Assembly: GCA_046761065.1 (NCBI GenBank)
Contig: JBHIFL010000089.1
Coordinates: 1 to 14,865 of the forward strand
DNA from: Candidatus Heimdallarchaeota archaeon
Lineage (GTDB): Archaea; Asgardarchaeota; Wukongarchaeia; Wukongarchaeales; JBHIFL01
DNA length: 14,865 nt
Reading direction: 5' to 3'
The notes under the pieces are model-generated. The model saw only the letters and a list, made by a program, of their open reading frames with translations, ran no database searches and had not been told where the DNA came from. A program made the translations under genes and the position numbers. Position 1 is the stretch's first letter. Each line of letters begins with the position of its first letter. This document shows positions 7,626-14,865 of the stretch, piece by piece.

Positions 7626-8347
7626 AACGCATTGAACATGTCTATTTAAAATCCATAGAGTGTCGTTGAAGGGTCTAGACCCTCTAATCAATAGGATCAA
7701 AGGATCCATCTAACGTTAGATGTTTTAATAACTCCATGCTGGTCGTACCTGGTAATAGCGGAGCAGATCTCCTATCTGGTTACGATGCCTGATAGACTAA
7801 GTAGTTCGAGCTGGAGATGGTTTTGATAAGAGTTGGTTATAAGGTTTTCATGTATTGCCAAGAGTTTGCCTTACCATATAAGTTAACATCACACTTCGCA
7901 AGTGATCATGGTAGAAGTATTATTTATATGGGGATTTCTTTACTTCTCGTTGTTTTTTGAACTCCCGTGGATTTTTGTATTGTTCTAACATCGTGATGCG
8001 ATCAGTATTGCCTTCTCTACTGCTGAGACAAAGTTTATAACAGCCATAACGAAAAAAATCCATCAACATCCTCCTTAATCGATCTAAAAAGTCTGCTTTT
8101 CAGGAAAGAACTTGGAATCCAATCTGCCTTAAATCAACGATAATATTCGCGATTTCCCAATATCTATAGCAAAACACTTACGTTAACCCAACGTTTCGTG
8201 TCAAATGATTTTTATGGGTGTAGAATGCGAAGAGGCTTTCTTTTTCTGATAAACAATTTATTCTAAATTATTATTAAAAAGGGGTTAAATTGTCATTTTA
8301 CCTCGGTGATAAGGCAGAAAGTGGTTCAAGCTGATGTTCAATGCGTT
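7626..8347. repeat. 14-bp inverted repeat pair bracketing an ORF-less AT-rich spacer
   Basis: AACGCATTGAACAT at 7626-7639 and its exact reverse complement ATGTTCAATGCGTT at 8334-8347. Confidence 0.75.
7670..7722. repeat. Two adjacent perfect palindromes
   Basis: AGGGTCTAGACCCT (7670-7683, 14 bp) and CATCTAACGTTAGATG (7707-7722, 16 bp). Confidence 0.85.
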
Positions 8348-8495
8348 AAACCGATTTCAAAGTTTTCACGAATAATAAAATCGTGTTTACTTTGCTAAAT
8401 CATTCACTATGCCCCTAAAGATTGGTCAATTTACGAAAAAAAGAATGTTTTAAATATGTGTCTCATGGTCTGATTTCTCAGAAGTGGTGGAGTTC

Positions 8496-8876
8496 ATGTC
8501 AACAACATCTGATAAGATCGAAAAGGTCCTCAGCGATTTAATGAACGAGATTCCAGATATTGAGGGAATAGTTCTATCGAAGGAGGATGGAAGTCTTATT
8601 GTATCACAGACGATTTTTCCAGATTTAGATGACAATTCTATTTCAAAAACGGCTGTAGATGTAGCTCAAGCGGCTGTCCGATTATCGGGGACTATTGAGA
8701 AGGGAGAAATTAAGGAACTTAACGTAGAATTCAATGAAGGGTTCTGCTTAATTACTTCTAAGAACAACGTAGTTTTAACCCTTATCGCAGCGACTGATGC
8801 ACGATCACAACTCGGTCTTATCAAAATGAATGCTATGAAAGCATTAAATGAAATAAATAAGGAATTGTCGAGTTGA
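8496..8876 (+). CDS. Roadblock/LC7 domain protein (126 aa)
   Basis: KIEKVLSDLMNEIPDIEGIVLSKEDGSLIVS…LTLIA…QLGLIKM roadblock pattern. ATG 8496 is preceded by SD-like GGTGGAG; the ORF track start is GTG 8484. Confidence 0.88.
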   Translation: MSTTSDKIEKVLSDLMNEIPDIEGIVLSKEDGSLIVSQTIFPDLDDNSISKTAVDVAQAAVRLSGTIEKGEIKELNVEFNEGFCLITSKNNVVLTLIAATDARSQLGLIKMNAMKALNEINKELSS

Positions 8877-9175
8877 TATAATTAAAATGTTTAACTATGA
8901 AATTAAGTGATTACGCTTTACAATCTAAAGACAGCCATGATTATTCAAGAAAATTATTCTTCGATAGCATTTTAAGATTGTAAAACGATTTAAAATACTA
9001 TAGATTCCTAAGGGTATTTCTGATTTAATACCCGGTTTTCTATTGCCTTAGAATTTTGCTATAATACTTGGCAATGGGAAGGTGGGAATGTTTAATCTCC
9101 TTATACATCATAATTTTTTTAAGATAGTAACTTTTTCTTATACTTTAGCGGCTTGTCTTGAATGTGGAATGAAAA

Positions 9176-9445
9176 TTGAAGCAAGTGGGTCAAGGAAGGA
9201 TAATAAATTACTTGCGGGGAGGTAATACGCAGGTTAATAAGCGAGCCCTTATTAGAATTGAGGGGGTTACTTCTGATAAAGAGGCAGCTCCGTTGTTGGG
9301 GAAAAATTGTGTTTGGGAATCACCGTCTGGAAAAACGATAACTGGTAAAGTGATCCACGTTCATGGAAGGAATGGTGTTATACAAGTTAAGTTTACTAAA
9401 GGTATCCCTGGACAAGCCCTTGGAACTGCAGTAGTATTAAAATAG
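9176..9445 (+). CDS. rpl35ae: 50S ribosomal protein L35Ae (eL33)
   Basis: Motifs ALIRIEGV…EA..LLGK, WESPSGKTITGKV..VHG.NGV…F.KG.PGQALG match archaeal L35Ae. 89 aa, TTG start. Confidence 0.95.
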   Translation: MKQVGQGRIINYLRGGNTQVNKRALIRIEGVTSDKEAAPLLGKNCVWESPSGKTITGKVIHVHGRNGVIQVKFTKGIPGQALGTAVVLK

Positions 9446-9478
9446 AAACATCTTAGTTATTGTATTGTATATTGAGTC

Positions 9479-9555
9479 GCGCGTGATGATGGAAACCGGC
9501 AAGTCAGAACCAACATCGGTATGGTGTTGACGAATTATAGTTACACTGAACGCGC
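9479..9555 (+). ncRNA. Dual-guide box C/D sRNA (LSU rRNA 2'-O-methylation guide)
   Basis: Terminal complementarity GCGCGT(9479-84)/ACGCGC(9550-55). Box C GTGATGA 9483-89; D' CAGA 9505-08; C' TTGACGA 9527-33; box D CTGA 9546-49. D guide TTATAGTTAC is antisense to conserved H69 GUAACUAUAA. D' guide AACCGGCAAG is antisense to H70-71 CUUGCCGG(UU). Confidence 0.88.
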
Positions 9556-9566
9556 TTCTCTCTTTT
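9556..9566 (+). terminator. Pyrimidine/oligo-T tract ending the rpl35Ae-sRNA unit
   Basis: TTCTCTCTTTT directly follows the sRNA 3' stem, as in archaeal terminators. Confidence 0.45.
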
Positions 9567-9942
9567 AAGATTGGATCTATCAAAGAATGAGTCTGGCTAC
9601 ACAATTAGTATAACTGGTTGAAAGCAATAATACTATTCTTTTCCACCTACGAATGTAGATAGAACTTTTAAGTATTTACAAAGTATTTTTCTCATGCTTC
9701 TACAATAAGATATTGAAAAACGAGAAACCTTTCTCTAGTTCTGTATCCTCTGAACCTTTAAACTATCCAACTGCGGCTTGAGAGAAGTTCGTAAGGAAAG
9801 AAGGTTCCAAGACTTGTGGATGTTTAAAACGCTTAATCATAAAACACCAAGTTATTGTTAATAAAATTTTTTACCTTTCGTGGAGACAAGTCATTGTTCT
9901 GTGATAGAAGAAGACTGCTTAAACCGAGTCATCTTATTCACA

Positions 9943-10581
9943 CTAATGATGGAGTGTTTCACGCACAACTTTCCCTTCGGGGGATACTTCCTTAAAAATT
10001 TCAGACTCAAATTTGTATAATTTCGTATCTTCTAAGCACCAACAATCTGGAGTAAGACCTGCTTTCCCACAAAGTTGGATGAGAAATTCTTCGACATCCC
10101 AATCCCATTCAACCGGCACTTGTGGTAATAAAACCCCTTTTCTAACTCCTCTTTCAACAATTAGTCCATGGCGTCCAATTTCGATTTTTTCAAGATATTC
10201 ACTTGGTTTGCTTACTTTAATTTCCTCAGGAGGTGTTAATATCGTTACTTCAATTAAGGCTTCCGCCAGTTCTTTGAGGGTCATTGGGGGGAAGCGAGGA
10301 TCATTAGTGGCAGCAAGGATTGCTGAATCGATAGTAGCCTCGATAAGAGGCGCCTCTGGATATATATGGCCTATACAACCTCGCAACATGGTCCCACTTT
10401 GTGATTTTTTCTTAATGGTGACGAAAACGCCTGATTTCTTCCTTAAAGCAGGTGGTACATTGGTAATCGAAAGGCGTTGATTAGCATCAAGTCGCATTCG
10501 GATCGCTTCCCTTGCAGTTCGAACGAGGAATTCTCCATCTGCTTGGTTATACACAATTATCGCCCTCCATTTTTTGGGCAT
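9943..10581 (-). CDS. AMMECR1-domain protein (TIGR00296/AmmeMemoRadiSam A-like)
   Basis: GVFVTI, LRGCIG, DPRF, GRHGLIV, GVLLPQVPVEW, KAGL motifs. The real start may be GTG 10554, which has GGAGG upstream. Confidence 0.93.
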   Translation of the reverse strand: MPKKWRAIIVYNQADGEFLVRTAREAIRMRLDANQRLSITNVPPALRKKSGVFVTIKKKSQSGTMLRGCIGHIYPEAPLIEATIDSAILAATNDPRFPPMTLKELAEALIEVTILTPPEEIKVSKPSEYLEKIEIGRHGLIVERGVRKGVLLPQVPVEWDWDVEEFLIQLCGKAGLTPDCWCLEDTKLYKFESEIFKEVSPEGKVVRETLHH

Positions 10582-10679
10582 CAGTTCCCTTTAAGGTTTC
10601 TCATGAATAATAAAAGGATGAAAATGAGCAATGTTTTTTTAAAATCCAGAAAAGCCGTTTTTCATGTCTGTCCCAACTT

Positions 10680-11156
10680 TTAATGGGCTGATTTATGTAC
10701 TTTTAACTTGTTTTCTACAAGTTTAATTTTTTTCCAATGGGTTCCCACCCAATAGACTTGCCTACAATCAGTGCATTCCCAGAAGACATTTTGGTGTTTA
10801 AACGTCCCATTGGGCACCCTTCCTTGGATATAACTTTTTTCAACTCTTCTTACTTCTCCATTACATTTCGAGCATCTTGAATCGTCGGGTATTATGTTTG
10901 TGTGAAGATTCCATTTATGAATAACTTCCTCCAATTTCTCAAGGATAGTTGTCCCAGTGATTTGCTGAACTTTTAGACCCATTTTCTGGGCCTTGTGTGT
11001 TAATCTTTGATCTTTTGTAATAAGAATGCGATCATCTGATCTGGCAATTTCTAACAAATTTTCATCTGTTATGTCTCGAAAGTAGATGCAATCGTTCCCT
11101 AAGAGCCGTAGCCATCTTGTAAGTTTTCCTAACATACTATCACAAAGGAATTTCAC
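10680..11156 (-). CDS. Mut7-C RNase domain protein (PIN-like fold + Zn ribbon; DUF82)
   Basis: N-terminal KFLCDSMLGKLTRWLRLLG.D; RILITKD; SRCSKCNG and FWECTDCRQVYW.GTHW. The GTG start overlaps the pyrC stop (GTGA). Confidence 0.92.
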   Translation of the reverse strand: MKFLCDSMLGKLTRWLRLLGNDCIYFRDITDENLLEIARSDDRILITKDQRLTHKAQKMGLKVQQITGTTILEKLEEVIHKWNLHTNIIPDDSRCSKCNGEVRRVEKSYIQGRVPNGTFKHQNVFWECTDCRQVYWVGTHWKKIKLVENKLKVHKSAH

Positions 11157-12466
11157 TTAACTTCCCTCGGTGTAGTTCCTGAGATAAGTTTTCCAAACCC
11201 GGGGGGGACTAAAATCTCGTTATCTTCGCATGCAATAGTTCCTCGAATTAAAGTCATGATTGGGGTGATTTTTACTTGATATCCGTCAAAGGGAGAGTAT
11301 TTTGCTTTCGATATAAACTTAGATGCATCTATTTGGTGTGTTGTCTTAGGATCTATAATTACTAGATCCGCATCTCGCCCTGCTACTATACCCCCTTTAT
11401 TTGGTAATCCATAGATTATTGCGGGATTTGTAGAAAGTAGGCGTCCTAGATGGTGTAATGGGAAATTTTCTTTTAATGCATAGTCTAAGGTCAAAATAAG
11501 TAGTGTTTCAAGTCCTGGAATCCCTGATGGAGCTTTAGCAAAAGATTGAGCTTTTTCTTTTAACAGGTGAGGGGCGTGATCGGAGGCTATAGCATTAATT
11601 ATACCCTTTTTCATAGCTGTATGCAATGCTACAACGTCTTCTTTTGTTCGGAGGGGGGGGAGCATTTTTGCAATACCTTTTTTGGACAATAATGCGTCTT
11701 GGGTTAAAAACAAGTGATGTGGAGTCACTTCACATGAGACATTAAGCCCTTTTGTTTTTAAACTGATAATCTCTTGTATAGCTTCATGAACGCTTACATG
11801 GCAGATGTGAAGCCGATCTCTCTTAGTGAGAATCCTTCCTACCCATTTGATGGCTTGAGCCTCTTGTTTATTGCTGTGGGTCGTAAGAAATCGATTGATA
11901 TTGGCCTCACCATTTGTACTAAGGTCAGGGTGGATCGCGAGTGGTTTTTTTCCATCTATTCGAGTAAATACTTCTTTTAAGTTCTCAAGTGTAAGTCGAA
12001 GTGTTGTATATGGGTTATGGGGGAATATTTTGAACCCAGCAATTCCTTCGCGAAGGATTTCCTCGATTTCGGATAATTGCTTCGGTAAAAGTGAAAAAAA
12101 CCCTGTATCGACGAGAATTTTCTTTTGTGCAACCTTTTTTTTTGCTTTCAATGCTGTGAGAGAGTTAGTTAGAGGTTTAGTATTTGGCATGTCCAAAAGG
12201 GTTGTTATGCCACTAACAACAGCTGCTTGTGTCCCTGTTGTGAAATCTTCCTTATAAGATAATTCTAAATCACGTAAATGCACATGGATATCAATTAACC
12301 CTGGAAAAACTAGTTTCCCTGGGATGCGAATTATCTTGTCTGCTCGTGGTAATGTTGGTTCTTTTCCAACTTTGCGGATCTTCCCGTCATCAATTGCAAT
12401 TGCTCCTTCAACGGTTTTATCAGGGAGGACAATCTTCCCCCCTTCTATCATAAGATCCACTCTCAA
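11153..12466 (-). CDS. pyrC: Dihydroorotase (amidohydrolase superfamily)
   Basis: PGLIDIHVHLRD, DMPNTKP, GFK, HICHVS, CEVTPHHL, PPLR, ASDHAPH, YSPFDG. TTG start with AGGAG upstream. Confidence 0.88.
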   Translation of the reverse strand: MRVDLMIEGGKIVLPDKTVEGAIAIDDGKIRKVGKEPTLPRADKIIRIPGKLVFPGLIDIHVHLRDLELSYKEDFTTGTQAAVVSGITTLLDMPNTKPLTNSLTALKAKKKVAQKKILVDTGFFSLLPKQLSEIEEILREGIAGFKIFPHNPYTTLRLTLENLKEVFTRIDGKKPLAIHPDLSTNGEANINRFLTTHSNKQEAQAIKWVGRILTKRDRLHICHVSVHEAIQEIISLKTKGLNVSCEVTPHHLFLTQDALLSKKGIAKMLPPLRTKEDVVALHTAMKKGIINAIASDHAPHLLKEKAQSFAKAPSGIPGLETLLILTLDYALKENFPLHHLGRLLSTNPAIIYGLPNKGGIVAGRDADLVIIDPKTTHQIDASKFISKAKYSPFDGYQVKITPIMTLIRGTIACEDNEILVPPGFGKLISGTTPREVK

Positions 12467-12498
12467 TTTGACATTCTCCTTTTTTGTTCCGCAAGAGT

Positions 12499-14616
12499 TT
12501 AGCCAGATTTCTTATCTATAGGGTCTTGGATCTTGCTATTCCCCGGAATAAAATAAAAGAACTCATTTAGATCGAGCATGAGGATCTTATTTCTTTCCTG
12601 TTCGGGAACTTTTTTGGCCAAAATCGCTTTAACCTGCTTTGCAATGCTCCCTCGGGTTTCGTCTCCCGGTTTGAGGGCTATATAATAATCTGTCTTAGCT
12701 TTAACTGCACTGGGGGGGCCTCCTATTACACGAGCATATTTTTCTTCAACAATAATGCCGATAGCTGTCTCAAGGACCATTCCTTTTAAGGGATTTCTTT
12801 TTCCTCGTACAATCACCCCACCTCGTACAAGATATTCCCCCGATGGGGGAGAAAAACTTACCTGCTCAGGATTTACATAATAAGCATCTGCTGATCCGAC
12901 TCCAGCTTTCCAAGCACTAGAAAAAGAGGTTGCAAATTGACCAGCTTCTTGTAAAGTAGTTAAAGGGACATCTTTTCCTTCGGCAAGAATCAGAGTATGT
13001 GGGGCTCCATGGACAGTCGCATGAACGAAGATATCGCCTTTCTTCATGTATCTTTTCACAATGGTTTCATTGGTACGGGCATCTCTCCCTGCTATGACTA
13101 AGAAGTCATCTGAAGATTGAAACCAGCGGAATTTCTCAAACCAATATCTTTTGCGCCGCTCAATAATTGTATTTGCTTTGATTACCCTCTCCCTTGTCAC
13201 TTTTGTGATTTTTTTTCTTATACGCTCAAGTTGTTGTCTTGTGTCTGCAATAGCTTTCTTTGTGCCTTCAATTTTAGTTTTCATTTTGTGAGAACTTGCA
13301 AAATATTGTTGCGCAATCATTGATACCTTTTGGGTGAAATCTAGATCAATGAGAGTTCCCTTTATATTTACCACTACAATTCCCCGCTCTGGTTCAACCT
13401 TTTGGATCAGATTTGCTCCCTCAATTCCCATTTCACGCCCTTCTTGGATTTTTTTATTTATTTCAGTCCAATCAAATCCGTTTTTTCTAGCCCCAAGGAT
13501 TGTAGAAGTGATTTCCTCTAAGACAGGCAGGTAATCTAACAGGAGGGAACCGAGCCGGTTTTTACGCTCCGTTTGTTCTTGAAGTTCTTCTAGCCTTCTT
13601 TCTTGCTTCGTTAGTTGGCGTATCAATCTTTCTTCTTCTTTTTGTTTCTGTTTTATACTGTATTGATCCGTCGTTTCTTCTTCAACAACCGTTTTTTTTG
13701 GAATCTTTGGAGCAGTGGGCTCCTTTCTCTTTTCATATTCAATGAAGAAGTCATCAAGTGCTTCATTCATAGTGGCTCTTGTCTGTGACTTACTCGGTGG
13801 AATCGAATGGGCATATCTTTCAAGCGGGAATGGGGTTACATCAATCAGCTGGGAATTACGATAAACAAGAGTGGGGACAAGATCTGGGGGTTCGGCTTTC
13901 AACTTAGAAATAAGCGTGTTTAGGGCAACCCAAAGATCTCCTAAATTTTTTTCTGTCAATGTTGTGGCAAGTTGATCTTTTACAATGTTTGCGTGTTGAA
14001 TGAGTTCTTCTGCATAGGTACCTCCTATATTCAGTGTGTTTGCTAAAGTTCTTACCACATCCAATTCGCTTTTCTCAAGTAGCTCTTTCAAATCTTCACT
14101 GGTAAGGGAAAAGATGTCACGTCCTGCAAGTGGAGGGTATTTAAATGGTTTTCCAGGTAAGATATTGCGATCTCGCATTTTTCGATAATAAAGTCCCATT
14201 AGGATTGTCCCATCCTCGCGAACAATAACGAGGTTTCCCCGTTTAAAGAGTTCTGCCACTATTTTCAATATCTCCCCTCCTCGTTCCAACCTCATACCTA
14301 TAATTCGATCAAAATTCGGTTGGAAAAATTGAACTACCTTTGCACCTCGTAGGTGTCGTCTTAATGCTAGGCAAAAGTTTGGGGGTGATTTGGGCTTTGA
14401 CCTTTCAAATCGAGTAAGATGGGCTCTAACTTCCGGTTCTATGAGTAAAACCTGTTTTTCCTGCCCGAATTTGTGAAAAACAAAGAGGAAGATATTATCT
14501 ATCTGGTAGATATTCTTCAATCTGGCGCCTTCAAGCTCTTTCAACTCACGAACGACAGCAAACACATCAAAACTCGTCATCGACTGCTTAATAAGAATCA
14601 CCCCTCGATCAGTCAC
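12499..14616 (-). CDS. rqcH: Ribosome quality control factor Rqc2/NEMF (NFACT family, archaeal RqcH)
   Basis: NFACT-N (MTSFDV, PPNFCLALRRHL, FDRI, ELFKRGN), HhH-like GGTYAEE, coiled coils, and NFACT-R (WFEKFRWF, GRDARTNE, HATVHGAP, SSAWK, QVS..PPSGEYL..G). Start is uncertain: GTG 14616, ATT 14592 or ATG 14580. Confidence 0.93.
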   Translation of the reverse strand: MTDRGVILIKQSMTSFDVFAVVRELKELEGARLKNIYQIDNIFLFVFHKFGQEKQVLLIEPEVRAHLTRFERSKPKSPPNFCLALRRHLRGAKVVQFFQPNFDRIIGMRLERGGEILKIVAELFKRGNLVIVREDGTILMGLYYRKMRDRNILPGKPFKYPPLAGRDIFSLTSEDLKELLEKSELDVVRTLANTLNIGGTYAEELIQHANIVKDQLATTLTEKNLGDLWVALNTLISKLKAEPPDLVPTLVYRNSQLIDVTPFPLERYAHSIPPSKSQTRATMNEALDDFFIEYEKRKEPTAPKIPKKTVVEEETTDQYSIKQKQKEEERLIRQLTKQERRLEELQEQTERKNRLGSLLLDYLPVLEEITSTILGARKNGFDWTEINKKIQEGREMGIEGANLIQKVEPERGIVVVNIKGTLIDLDFTQKVSMIAQQYFASSHKMKTKIEGTKKAIADTRQQLERIRKKITKVTRERVIKANTIIERRKRYWFEKFRWFQSSDDFLVIAGRDARTNETIVKRYMKKGDIFVHATVHGAPHTLILAEGKDVPLTTLQEAGQFATSFSSAWKAGVGSADAYYVNPEQVSFSPPSGEYLVRGGVIVRGKRNPLKGMVLETAIGIIVEEKYARVIGGPPSAVKAKTDYYIALKPGDETRGSIAKQVKAILAKKVPEQERNKILMLDLNEFFYFIPGNSKIQDPIDKKSG

Positions 14617-14720
14617 GGAATTTCAAGATAGGAAGGGATCTTACTACTCACTAGGTATTTTTCCGATTTTGCTCATTTTTCTTTTCATTCAATTGGCTAT
14701 TATCTTTTCCGTCTTTGAAA

Positions 14721-14751
14721 ATGCATTAAACTCTCAGATGCGCTAAACTCT
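14721..14751. repeat. Imperfect direct repeat ATGC(AT/GC)TAAACTCT upstream of rqc2
   Basis: Copies at 14721-14734 and 14738-14751 (12/14 identical), next to a TTATATAA box at 14754-14761. Confidence 0.6.
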
Positions 14752-14865
14752 AATTATATAACTTTGTTAAAGAACAAAACCTTGATAGGTACTGTTTTTC
14801 ATAATGATTTTTAATAATACTCCCAAGCTGTGGGGATAACCATCTGACTTTTTGTCATTCTTACT

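Noticed and set aside
291-7707. Frequent GGATCC sites
   Set aside because: Largely explained by Glu/Lys-Asp-Pro codons in the HEAT repeats.
14819-14841. ACTCCCAAGCTGTGGGGATAACC loosely resembles a type I-E CRISPR repeat
   Set aside because: Single copy, poor match and no array visible.

Overview
Archaeal genomic DNA, most likely from an Asgard archaeon. This is inferred from three Roadblock/LC7 genes (one dynein-light-chain-like), an MglA-family GTPase, eL33/L35Ae, NEMF/Rqc2 and archaeal SD/TATA signals. Left: a minus-strand cluster of DYNLRB-like roadblock, MglB and MglA. Middle (about 1.9-7.6 kb, visibly more GC-rich): a fragmented multi-pass membrane-protein gene and a 1014-aa HEAT-repeat protein built from 36-aa units. 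Then an AT-rich spacer containing palindromes and a recurring motif, a third roadblock gene and rpl35Ae. Right: a minus-strand rqc2-pyrC-Mut7-C-AMMECR1 cluster. The best finding is absent from the ORF track: a box C/D guide RNA 33 nt downstream of rpl35Ae (9479-9555). Its two guides are complementary to conserved LSU rRNA H69 and H70-71 sequences and predict 2'-O-methylation at the E. coli A1913 and G1945 equivalents, which are the positions of yeast Am2256 (snR63) and Gm2288 (snR75). No searches were run; family calls rest on motifs recognised by eye.
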